Shown one piece after another: positions 18,031 to 26,866 of a stretch of 38,163 bases of DNA; the first letter of the stretch is position 1, and each line of letters opens with the position of its first letter. Source of the DNA: Candidatus Nanopelagicales bacterium. GTDB taxonomy: Bacteria; Actinomycetota; Actinomycetes; S36-B12. The DNA is taken from NCBI GenBank assembly GCA_040265115.1, contig JBDQGZ010000002.1, forward strand, positions 1-38,163, read 5' to 3'. The notes beneath the pieces are model-generated. The model had not been told where the DNA came from. It searched no databases and worked only from the letters and a program-made list of their open reading frames with translations. A program made the position numbers and the translations under genes.

Positions 18031-21000
18031 CGGATCGTGGCCCTGCGGGTCGGGCTCACGGCAACGATCTCATCCCCATCGAGGGCGACCACCCGCCAGG
18101 AATAGGTCTGCCCCGCAGGAGCGATATTGGTGAGCTTAAAGCCGTAGCGGCCCTTGCCATCCGGAACGGTGGTCTCACGCTCCTGCCAGCCCACGCCACT
18201 CCAGGTGACCTGCCGCTGCAGGACGACATCGGCGTCTGCGGGAAACACGCGTCCGCGCAGCACCGCGGTGGAGCCGGCGCTGATCGAACCCAGGGGACGC
18301 CGGATGAGGGACACCGACACCTCCGAGCTCGGCTGTGTCGTCGTGGGCGTGTCAGCGTTGGGTGAATCGGCCGGTGGCTCTTCGGTCTTCTCCGCCTTGA
18401 TGGTGCCCTTGCGTTCTGGACTCATCGCGACGAGCGCGTTGCCCTGATAGACCAGCACACGCCAGTAGTAGGTCATCCCGGCCGGGCCGATATTCGGCAG
18501 ATCGAAACTGTATTTTCCATTCGAATCGGGGGCGATCCGCTCCCGGTTTTGCCAGCCGAGGCTCCCCCAGCGCACCTGGCGCTGCACCTCGAGGGTGGTC
18601 GGCGACGCATCACCGGACGTGACTTTGACCCGCCCCCTGAGTACCGCGGTGGAGCCCTCGGGGATCTGGCCCAGGGGCCGCCGGATCAGGTTGACCTTTG
18701 CCTCGATAGTGGGCTGCGGAGTTGGAGTCACCCCACCACCACCGCCGCCCGAACCGCTCTCCTGATCGCCGAGGACGTACTCGATGTAAGTCGACCGCAA
18801 GCCGAGAGCGGAGCGCAAGGTGCGACCGGAGACCGATGCGGTTCGACCATCGTAAGTCGTGGCGACCAGTGAATCAGCTGCCCCGGAGGTCTGCGAGGGG
18901 ATCACCTCGATCGTCATGATGTCGCTGACGCCGAAGATCTGAGCCATGCGCGACTGCGAAGCCGTGACGGTCCACGTCCGGTAGGGATTGCCCTCGACCG
19001 ACAGGCTCCAGCGGTCATCGACGCTCCTCGACCAGGGGTAGCCGGCTCCGCCCCACACCTCGCTACTGGACTGGGTGCGTCCGCCGGTCGCCGCGGTGTA
19101 GAACGCGGGGATGGGCGAGCCGCCGTAGGTCAGCATCTGGCCTCTGGTCGAGGTTACGGCCGAAACCCATTGCGCCCCATAGGTTCCCGACTCGACGTGA
19201 TAGGCGTGGAAGGTCTGGTCGTAGAACGGGCCGCCGCCGTCGTCCATGTGGCACAGGCACGATGAGCGCACCCCGCTGCGGTACTTCCACATCGCGTAGG
19301 AGCGTGACGCAATGGCCTGTGACTGGACCGCTGGGCTCGGCCAATTCGCCGGCACCTCGGCAATCCCCTTGAGATAGGACTCCATGTCAAGCACATTCAC
19401 GACCGCCAGACGCTGCCCACCATTGGTGGACACACCACTCACCTCGACGGTGCCATAGCGATAGCGATGCTTCGGAGAGGCGAAGGATTCGCCCGGGCCG
19501 ATGACGTTGAGCAGAGTCGGCTGCGTTCCTGCACCGCCGGGGTCCGCCGTGCCTGACCAGCGCAGGGTCACCGTCCGGCCGCGACCGAGGACCGTCTGCT
19601 CACCGCCGAGGCTCTGCGTCACCCGAACGTATTCATCGCTGGGTTCGAGCCGGTAGTTCGCGCCACTGACTCCGGGGAAGGCGGTGTTCCCGATGCTGAT
19701 CTCCAAGCCGCCACCCGCTCCGTTGATGCGCTCGGTGCGCACCTGAGCGAAGCTCGACTCGTAGAGCAGCCCGATGCGCAGATCGGAAGCCTCCGCAGCG
19801 GTCTCCAGCCTCGTGCCCGGGAAATAGTGAGACAGGATCTGGGCGGTCGAGCGGCCCTCACGAGCCTGTCCGAGCGCGCCCCACTGGGACAATCCCACCC
19901 CGTGGCCATAGCCGGTGCCCGTGACGGTGAATTCACTCGGCGGGGAGCAGGGATCCGGGGGCGAACCCGGCGAGGTCGAGATCCGCACGAAGCCGGTCCA
20001 GTCATAGGCCTTCTCGCCACCGACGTTTCCGCTGACGACGACGGTGTAGCGCCCTGGCGGAACGCGCTTGCCCTTGGCATCCGTGCCATTCCACGACAAT
20101 GGCAGCGGCCCTGCCGCGGAGTTGCTGCCCTTGACGACGCGGACTTCGTCGCCGCAAGCCGAACTGAGCGTCATCGTGAGGTTCGCGGCCGCGGTCGTGG
20201 TCGGCGTCACCACGATCGGAGTGCCTGAGCCCCATCCCGATCCAGAGCCGGAGATCGTCGGGGCGTAGAACGTGCTCCCCTCCCGTTCGGCGACCAGCTG
20301 ACGCAACTGCGGAACGTAGGGCCGCAGGAAGGTGCCCGGGCAGGAGGTGTTGCCGATGTCTCCGTGACCGGTGATGGTCGGGGTCGGCACCTTCTCGCCC
20401 GGCCAGTACATCGACGTGCCCGCCCCGATCGGTCCCGGACCAGCGGAGGTGAGAACCGTGGTCGCAGTGGGGTCCACATGGTGGACGGCGAATTTCCAGG
20501 CGATGAGATCGGCGATGGCACCGACGATTCGATTCGCCTCCGCCTTCTTCGGATCAAGGGTGTCGGCGTTGCCGAGGAAGGACACGGCAAAACTCTCGGA
20601 ATTGAATCCCTGTGTGTGGGCCCCGTTGACCGCCTTGTCGATTCCCCCGGCGCGTCCCTCGTAGAGGTTGCCGAAGCGATCGACGACGAAGTTGTAGCCG
20701 AAGTCATTCACGCCCACACCCTGGGTGAACCAGGAATAGACGTTGCGCATCTGCTGGGCGGCCTGGGCCTCGGTGTAGTCGTTGCTGGACACCACATGGT
20801 GGACGAAGGCGACCTTCAACTCATCGGAGTAGGAGGTGGAGCCGCGGCGCAGAGATTCATTGGCTCCCCACTCCGCGCGCGAGATGATGCGCGGTTGCGC
20901 CGCAGCAGCATTCGCCGCATCCACGGGGAGTGATCGGGTGCCGATGAGCGCGTCCTCATCGGTGATCGGGTTGTCAATCATGGTGACGCGAGTGTCGGTG

Positions 21001-21551
21001 GGAACCGAGCCATCGGGGGTGTCGATGCGGACCTGGATTCCGTCGGCACCTGTCGTCACCAGCGGCTCGGTGGCGAACCGTGCGCGCTCGGCTTCATCGG
21101 TTCCCGGGTCAGGGCGATGCTCGCTGACCGGCAGTTCAGCCCAGTCGGTCCAGCCCTGTGGCTCCCGGATGCGCACCACGATGCGTGTGCCCTCGTCGAA
21201 GGGTTCCTGCGCGGTGATCCCCATGAGTCCGAAGTCGCTCGTGTCGGTCTGCGCGGTCACGACGGCCGGCTGCAGCCCCTCGACCTCTTCGGAATGCGAG
21301 TGGAGGGTCGTTCCATCCGGATCCCCAACGACCGGGACCTCCGCCTCGGCGTTCGGTGATTCCGCGAGGCCCTCGGGATCGACCTCGGCTAGGGCCATGC
21401 TCGACACGGTGGGCGTGATCGGGTCTCGGTCGCCCAGAGACAGGCCGGCGGTGAGGGACGAGAAGTCCACGACGGGCAGGGCGAGCGTGGCGGGGATCAC
21501 CAGGGTTGCGGTCGCCAGGGCGAGGATGCGTCGCTGTCCCCGGGATGCCAT
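18027..21551 (-). CDS. Large secreted multidomain peptidoglycan hydrolase: N-acetylmuramoyl-L-alanine amidase (amidase_2/PGRP) + FlgD-Ig-like + SpoIID/LytB domain + two tandem C-terminal beta-sandwich repeats
   Basis: Signal peptide MASRGQRRILALATATLVIPATLALP (ATG 21551). Amidase_2 spans about 20340-20895 (RIISRAEWGANES...VAFVHHVVS...GYNFVVDRFGNLYEGRAG...GHGDIGNTSCPG). SpoIID-like spans about 18930-19915 (GYGHGVGLSQWGA, MESYLKGIAEVPANWP, AFYTAATGGRTQ). The repeats are at about 18396-18699 and 18030-18322. Confidence 0.85.
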   Translation of the reverse strand: MASRGQRRILALATATLVIPATLALPVVDFSSLTAGLSLGDRDPITPTVSSMALAEVDPEGLAESPNAEAEVPVVGDPDGTTLHSHSEEVEGLQPAVVTAQTDTSDFGLMGITAQEPFDEGTRIVVRIREPQGWTDWAELPVSEHRPDPGTDEAERARFATEPLVTTGADGIQVRIDTPDGSVPTDTRVTMIDNPITDEDALIGTRSLPVDAANAAAAQPRIISRAEWGANESLRRGSTSYSDELKVAFVHHVVSSNDYTEAQAAQQMRNVYSWFTQGVGVNDFGYNFVVDRFGNLYEGRAGGIDKAVNGAHTQGFNSESFAVSFLGNADTLDPKKAEANRIVGAIADLIAWKFAVHHVDPTATTVLTSAGPGPIGAGTSMYWPGEKVPTPTITGHGDIGNTSCPGTFLRPYVPQLRQLVAEREGSTFYAPTISGSGSGWGSGTPIVVTPTTTAAANLTMTLSSACGDEVRVVKGSNSAAGPLPLSWNGTDAKGKRVPPGRYTVVVSGNVGGEKAYDWTGFVRISTSPGSPPDPCSPPSEFTVTGTGYGHGVGLSQWGALGQAREGRSTAQILSHYFPGTRLETAAEASDLRIGLLYESSFAQVRTERINGAGGGLEISIGNTAFPGVSGANYRLEPSDEYVRVTQSLGGEQTVLGRGRTVTLRWSGTADPGGAGTQPTLLNVIGPGESFASPKHRYRYGTVEVSGVSTNGGQRLAVVNVLDMESYLKGIAEVPANWPSPAVQSQAIASRSYAMWKYRSGVRSSCLCHMDDGGGPFYDQTFHAYHVESGTYGAQWVSAVTSTRGQMLTYGGSPIPAFYTAATGGRTQSSSEVWGGAGYPWSRSVDDRWSLSVEGNPYRTWTVTASQSRMAQIFGVSDIMTIEVIPSQTSGAADSLVATTYDGRTASVSGRTLRSALGLRSTYIEYVLGDQESGSGGGGGGVTPTPQPTIEAKVNLIRRPLGQIPEGSTAVLRGRVKVTSGDASPTTLEVQRQVRWGSLGWQNRERIAPDSNGKYSFDLPNIGPAGMTYYWRVLVYQGNALVAMSPERKGTIKAEKTEEPPADSPNADTPTTTQPSSEVSVSLIRRPLGSISAGSTAVLRGRVFPADADVVLQRQVTWSGVGWQERETTVPDGKGRYGFKLTNIAPAGQTYSWRVVALDGDEIVAVSPTRRATIR

Positions 21552-21835
21552 CGTCCCAGCGCTCGCAGCGCGACGACGATCAGCCGGGGGGTCCTCCCCG
21601 GCTGAATTCCCGGACCTCACCTCGCCAGGGTCTCCCGCGGGCCCCCGGGCATGTCAAGCCGACGCACCCGTCACACGGGTCACTCTCATCACATTCCCAG
21701 GAAGTCCCCGCGCATGAGGGATATCCCCAGCCGGAGCCGACCGGGCCTCGGGAACCGTACCCGGGGGCCGTCGCGTCCTAGGCTTGGTCTCGTCGCCCCT
21801 CCCTGACCGGGGCTCACCTTCGCAAGGAGTCGCAC

Positions 21836-23341
21836 GTGTCCGAACCGACTACGCCGCCGCGTCGCGGACGTGCGGTGCGCGTCATCGTCGGCCTGGCCGC
21901 TCTCGCGGTGATCGCCACCGCACTGGTCGGTGCCGGTATGGACTTCCTCTATGGGCGACTCCAGGGCAACATCACCTCGGTCGATGTCTCTGGCGTGATC
22001 GGTCGGGCGCCCAACACAACGGTCGTCGATGAGGAGGGCAACTACGAGCCCCTCACCATCTTGCTCATGGGCTCCGATAGCCGTGAGGGCCAGCCCGATG
22101 CACGGTACGGCGATCCCGCCATCCACTCCAATGCCCGTTCTGACACGACGATCCTGCTGCATGTCGCCGCGGACCGGAGTTTCGCCACCGCGGTCAGCAT
22201 TCCCCGCGACACCTGGGTGATGATCCCCGAGTGCCCGCGCACCGGGAGCGGTGAGATGGCCGGCGGCTTCGAGGCCAAGTTCAACACCGCCTTCGAGCTC
22301 GGTGGACCGGGCTGCACCATGAAACTGGTCGAGCAGATGAGCGGACTGCAGATCGACCACTTCGCCGTCATCGACTTCATCGGCTTCACCAACGTTGTCG
22401 ATGCGCTTGGCGGAGTCGAGGTCTGCCTGACCGAATCGGTCAATGACCCCGACAGTGATCTCATCCTGCCCGCGGGGACGAGCACCGTCGATGGCGAGCA
22501 GGCCCTGGCCTTCGTCCGCGCCCGCAAGACCCTCTCCGACGGCTCGGACCTTTCGCGCATCAAACGCCAGCAGGCCTTCTTGTCCTCGATGATCCGAGAA
22601 GCCACCGATGCGCAGATCCTGCTGAACCCGGTGCGGCTCTATTCGGTCCTCGACGCGGCGACCTCCTCCCTCACCACCGATCCCGGCCTCGCCGACCGCA
22701 ACGTCCTCCAGGAAGTCGCGCTGAGCCTTCGGTCGGTGCAGCCCAGCGACATCACGTTCCTCACGATGCCGTGGGTCGAGCGGGGCGACGGGGCGAACGT
22801 CGTGATGGACGATGAGCGAGCCGCCAAGGTGTGGGCATCCATCGCCGATGACGTGCCCTGGAAGAAGCCGAAGAAGTCGACCAAGACCGATGGGAGCACC
22901 ACCGACCAGGGGGCATCGGATGGCGACGCCCTCACCGTAGCCCCGTCGGACATCACACTGCTGGTTCTCAATGGCAGCGGGGTCGCTGGACGGGCCGGCG
23001 ACACCGCTGCAGCCCTGACCAGAGCTGGATTCGCCATCTTCGGTGTGGACGATGCCGATCGACCCGACTATGCCGTCTCGGAGATTCGCTACGCCCCGGG
23101 TTCACTCGAGGCCGCTCGCACTGTCGCCGCCGGCCTGCCAGGTGCCCAACTCGTCGAGGATGCGACCGTAGCGACCATCACCATCGTGCTCGGCCAGGAC
23201 TTCGCCGGAGTGACCGACGTGACCGTGGCGCCCGCGCCGAGCCCGGAACCGCTGACGGATGAGGACGTGGATGCGGTTGCCGACGTAGTCGATGACGCGA
23301 TCACCGACTCCACCACCGCCGATGCCGTTCGCTGCGACTGA
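21836..23341 (+). CDS. LytR-CpsA-Psr (LCP) family cell-wall glycopolymer ligase with a C-terminal LytR_C domain
   Basis: N-terminal TM anchor, then LLMGSDSREG...RSDTTILLHV...SIPRDTWV...DHFAVIDFIGF (LCP core). The C-terminal segment is ITLLVLNGSGVAGRAGDTAAAL (LytR_C). AAGGAG lies upstream of GTG 21836. Confidence 0.9.
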   Translation: MSEPTTPPRRGRAVRVIVGLAALAVIATALVGAGMDFLYGRLQGNITSVDVSGVIGRAPNTTVVDEEGNYEPLTILLMGSDSREGQPDARYGDPAIHSNARSDTTILLHVAADRSFATAVSIPRDTWVMIPECPRTGSGEMAGGFEAKFNTAFELGGPGCTMKLVEQMSGLQIDHFAVIDFIGFTNVVDALGGVEVCLTESVNDPDSDLILPAGTSTVDGEQALAFVRARKTLSDGSDLSRIKRQQAFLSSMIREATDAQILLNPVRLYSVLDAATSSLTTDPGLADRNVLQEVALSLRSVQPSDITFLTMPWVERGDGANVVMDDERAAKVWASIADDVPWKKPKKSTKTDGSTTDQGASDGDALTVAPSDITLLVLNGSGVAGRAGDTAAALTRAGFAIFGVDDADRPDYAVSEIRYAPGSLEAARTVAAGLPGAQLVEDATVATITIVLGQDFAGVTDVTVAPAPSPEPLTDEDVDAVADVVDDAITDSTTADAVRCD

Positions 23342-23356
23342 GCGCGTTTCGCCCGA

Positions 23357-24442
23357 TCAGTTCGCCGAATCGCTTCCCGATGTAGGGACCGTGAACACCG
23401 CGGCCCCCTTCTCGAAGTCGAACTGGCGCAGACTCAAGTGAGGGAAGCGCTGCGCCCAATCCGCGACGATCTCCTGCTCATCGCGTCGGATGAGGTCATC
23501 GAGAACTACCTGGGCACCCGGAGCGAGTCGGGCGCGCAAGAGGGGGAGCGCGGGCCATCGAGCCTGCTCGGTCCCTGACCCCGGTGGCCCATCAATGCTC
23601 AGCAGATCGATTTCATCGAGATCCGCGAGCGCATCGGGATCGTAGAACTCCATGGTGCGCCCCTCAATCGTCACCGACACCAGCGGTGCATGACGAACGT
23701 CGAGCCAGCGCGAGAGACCCTGATCAGCAGCGAGTTGTCGCGTCACTTCTGCGTAATCGGCGTCGTGGTCGATTGCGACAACGCGGCCGGGTGCCCCACT
23801 TTCCTTCAACGCTGCTGCCATCCACACACTTGACTGGCCACTGCCGAGATCAACAATGAGTGCCGGCTGACGGCGCAGCACTTCACCGACCAACCACAGC
23901 AGGAGATCCTCCGAGGCAGCCCACGCGCCAGCACGCGGCATCGGCCGGGGTAGCGGCACCAGTCGCTGCAACTGCAGGTACGACTCCAGCAAAGCGACCT
24001 GATCATCGAGTTGTCGACGGGACGCCTTCGCCGACGTGGTGATCTCCTCGCGAACCTTGCCCAGCGACTTGGCAAGGCGAGTATCTCCGGCCTCCAGCGT
24101 CTTGCGCAGATTCTCGACCGATCGTGACTGGGTTATGTCGCTCGAGGTGACCGCCTCGCGCGTCTTCTTGCTCTCCACGGCGAGGACATCGAACAGCCGC
24201 TGCAGGGCGAACTCGGCTCGGCGGGCCGAGCCGGCACCGGCACGAGCCCAGGCAGCGGTCTGACCGAGGACGCCGCCGATGAACGCTGAGAGCACGACCA
24301 TGAGAACGGCGGGCACCGGATCCCAGGACAGGCTCATCGCGATCGCCAGTGCAAACGCCGCAAATACGACAGCTGCACCGATCGGCAGAAGCCGAGAGGC
24401 AGACAGCACAGCGCGCACCCGTTCCTCACCCTCCTCGATCAA
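23357..24442 (-). CDS. Membrane-anchored class I SAM-dependent methyltransferase with a coiled-coil linker
   Basis: Two N-terminal TM helices, about 100 aa of heptad-like charged sequence, then LIVDLGSGQSSVWMAAAL (motif I), VVAIDHDADYAE and LLSIDGPPGSG (Methyltransf_24-like). Confidence 0.7.
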   Translation of the reverse strand: MIEEGEERVRAVLSASRLLPIGAAVVFAAFALAIAMSLSWDPVPAVLMVVLSAFIGGVLGQTAAWARAGAGSARRAEFALQRLFDVLAVESKKTREAVTSSDITQSRSVENLRKTLEAGDTRLAKSLGKVREEITTSAKASRRQLDDQVALLESYLQLQRLVPLPRPMPRAGAWAASEDLLLWLVGEVLRRQPALIVDLGSGQSSVWMAAALKESGAPGRVVAIDHDADYAEVTRQLAADQGLSRWLDVRHAPLVSVTIEGRTMEFYDPDALADLDEIDLLSIDGPPGSGTEQARWPALPLLRARLAPGAQVVLDDLIRRDEQEIVADWAQRFPHLSLRQFDFEKGAAVFTVPTSGSDSAN

Positions 24443-24486
24443 CGAGCCCTCACGAGGCCCGTGAACTTGGTGCGAGGCTACCCTGC

Positions 24487-25491
24487 ATGGTCATGAGCAC
24501 GCCTGCGCCTGGAACTGCTGCGCCGGGTGTGTCGGTGATCATGCCGGTGCTCAATGAGGAACACCATCTCGCGGATTCAGTAACCGCGATCCTCGCCAGT
24601 GAGTACACCGGCCCGATCGAGGTTGTGCTCGCACTCGGGCCGTCCCAGGATGAGACGGACAAGGTCGCCCACGAGCTCGCCGCGACCAATCCCAGAATCA
24701 CCCTGGTCGACAACCCCAGTGGCCGCACGTCTGCCGGCCTGAACGCTGCGATTGAAGCGGCTCGCCACGACATCATCATCCGGGTCGACGGACATGCCCT
24801 GATCCCAGCGGACTACGTCGCGACTGCCGTCCGCACGCTCGAGGACACTGGCGCGGACAATGTCGGCGGAATCATGGGGGCTGAGGGTGACAGCGACTTC
24901 GAGCGTGCCGTCGCCGCCGCGATGACGTCATGGTTCGGCGTCGGCGGAGCCGCCTTCCACATCGGTGGACACGCGGGACCAGCCCTCACCGTCTACCTCG
25001 GCTGCTTCCAACGCAGCGCCCTCGAGCGAGTTGGTGGCTTCGACGAATCGATGGTGCGAGCACAGGACTGGGAACTCAACCACCGAATCAGAGCGACGGG
25101 CGGCGAGGTGTGGTTCACCCCCGAATTACACGTGACCTATCGTCCGCGCAGCAGCGTCAAGGCACTGGCACGGCAGTACTTCCAGTACGGCCGTTGGCGA
25201 CGCGAGGTCACGATACGTCACCCCGAGACCATCTCTGTGCGCTATCTCGCCGCGCCGGCCACCGTGGCCGGAGTCGCGATCGGCGCCGTGATCGGCGTGA
25301 TCGGTTCGGCCACTCGACATCATCGGCTCGCTGCCCTCGGCTGGGCAGCCCCGATGGGATACACGCTTGGCAACCTGGCGGCCTCAGCCTGGATCGGCCG
25401 CGGGGAGTCGACAGCTGTTCGCGTCCGCATTCCCGCGGCACTGGCGACTATGCACCTCGCGTGGGGAGCCGGCTTCCTTCGCGGGGCCTGA
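24487..25491 (+). CDS. Family 2 glycosyltransferase with C-terminal TM helices
   Basis: VSVIMPVLNEEHHL...IIRVDGHA (DxD-type region), QDWELNHR, and a hydrophobic C-terminus. ATG 24487 was chosen. The ORF's upstream extension overlaps the divergent methyltransferase gene. Confidence 0.85.
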   Translation: MVMSTPAPGTAAPGVSVIMPVLNEEHHLADSVTAILASEYTGPIEVVLALGPSQDETDKVAHELAATNPRITLVDNPSGRTSAGLNAAIEAARHDIIIRVDGHALIPADYVATAVRTLEDTGADNVGGIMGAEGDSDFERAVAAAMTSWFGVGGAAFHIGGHAGPALTVYLGCFQRSALERVGGFDESMVRAQDWELNHRIRATGGEVWFTPELHVTYRPRSSVKALARQYFQYGRWRREVTIRHPETISVRYLAAPATVAGVAIGAVIGVIGSATRHHRLAALGWAAPMGYTLGNLAASAWIGRGESTAVRVRIPAALATMHLAWGAGFLRGA

Positions 25492-25515
25492 CAAGTCCAC
25501 GCTCCGGACCACCTG

Positions 25516-26832
25516 TCACGCGCTGGGACGTCCTAGTCCTCGGTAGGTGAAACCCGCATCACGCCACGACACGACGTCGAGAGCGTTGCGTGCGTCGACG
25601 ACCACGCGCTGGCGCATCGCCTCGGCGATGCTGGCCGGATCGATGTCGAGATAGTCGCGCCATTCGGTGAGCAGCAGCACCGCGTCAGCACCCGCGACCG
25701 CATCCTGGGGCGACTCGGCATAGGCCAGGTGCGGGAACGACTCACGGGCGTTACCCATCGCCCGCGGATCATGCACCACCACCTCAGCACCCTCGGTGTA
25801 GATCGCTGCCGCCACATCCAGCGCCGGCGAATCCCGCACATCGTCGCTGTTGGGCTTGAATGCCGCTCCCCACACCGCAACCACACGATCACGGAACCTG
25901 CCCCCCACCGCCTCACGCGCGAGATCGACCGTCCGGCGACGTCGACGCAGGTTGATCTCATCCACCTCGCGCAGGAACGTCAACGCCTGGTCCACACCCA
26001 GCTCACCCGCACGCGCCATGAACGCACGAATATCCTTCGGCAGGCAACCGCCCCCGAATCCCAAACCCGCGCGGAGGAACTGCTCGCCGATCCTCGGATC
26101 CATCCCCAGCGCCGTCGACAACGTCACCACATCCGCGCCGGTCGCCTCGCACACCTCCGACATCGCGTTGATGAACGAGATCTTCGTCGCCAGAAACGCA
26201 TTCGCCGAGACCTTCACCAACTCCGCGGTCGCCAAGTCCGTCACCAACCACGGCACATCCCTGGCCAGCAACTGCGCATACACCTCTCGCAGCGGCGCTT
26301 CATCCGCTGGATCATCGACACCCACAACGAGACGATCCGGATCCAGGGTGTCTGCAACCGCATGGCCCTCGCGAAGGAACTCAGGGTTCCACGCGACATG
26401 CACGCCCGCACCGGCCGGCGCCAACGCCCGCAGCCGTGCGGTCATCTCAGCCGACGTCCCCACCGGAACCGTCGACTTCCCCACCACCAGCGTCGGCGCA
26501 TCCAGATGTGGTGCCAGCCCGTCCACTGCCGCCCACACCTGCGACAGGTCCGCGGCATAGGCACTCGCACGTTGTGGCGTTCCCACACACACGAAGTGAA
26601 CCTGCGCCCCCGCCGCGTCCGCTGGATCAGTCGAAAAGCGAAGGCGACCCGAGGCCAGGCTGCGCTGCAGCACCTCCGGCAGACCCGGCTCGAAGAAGGG
26701 CACCTCCCCCGCCGACAACGCCGCAACCTTCACCGGATCGGTATCGATCCCCACCACCTCATGCCCCAGCTCCGCCATGCACGCGGCATGCGTCGCCCCC
26801 AGATAGCCCGTGCCAATGACGCTGATGCGCAT
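25516..26832 (-). CDS. ugd: UDP-glucose 6-dehydrogenase
   Basis: MRISVIGTGYLGATHAACMAELGHEVVGIDTD is a Rossmann fold, and GFGGGCLPKDIRAF contains the catalytic Cys. 438 aa. Confidence 0.9.
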   Translation of the reverse strand: MRISVIGTGYLGATHAACMAELGHEVVGIDTDPVKVAALSAGEVPFFEPGLPEVLQRSLASGRLRFSTDPADAAGAQVHFVCVGTPQRASAYAADLSQVWAAVDGLAPHLDAPTLVVGKSTVPVGTSAEMTARLRALAPAGAGVHVAWNPEFLREGHAVADTLDPDRLVVGVDDPADEAPLREVYAQLLARDVPWLVTDLATAELVKVSANAFLATKISFINAMSEVCEATGADVVTLSTALGMDPRIGEQFLRAGLGFGGGCLPKDIRAFMARAGELGVDQALTFLREVDEINLRRRRRTVDLAREAVGGRFRDRVVAVWGAAFKPNSDDVRDSPALDVAAAIYTEGAEVVVHDPRAMGNARESFPHLAYAESPQDAVAGADAVLLLTEWRDYLDIDPASIAEAMRQRVVVDARNALDVVSWRDAGFTYRGLGRPSA

Positions 26833-26866
26833 ACCCGCGAGCGTAGTGGGCGTACCCTGATCGACT

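Noticed and set aside
18030-18699. A DNA-level tandem repeat at the 3' end of the hydrolase gene, considered as a mobile or contingency repeat.
   Set aside because: The two copies have diverged (similarity is mainly at the protein level), are in frame, and are separated by a unique linker. This is a domain duplication, not a simple-sequence or phase-variable repeat.
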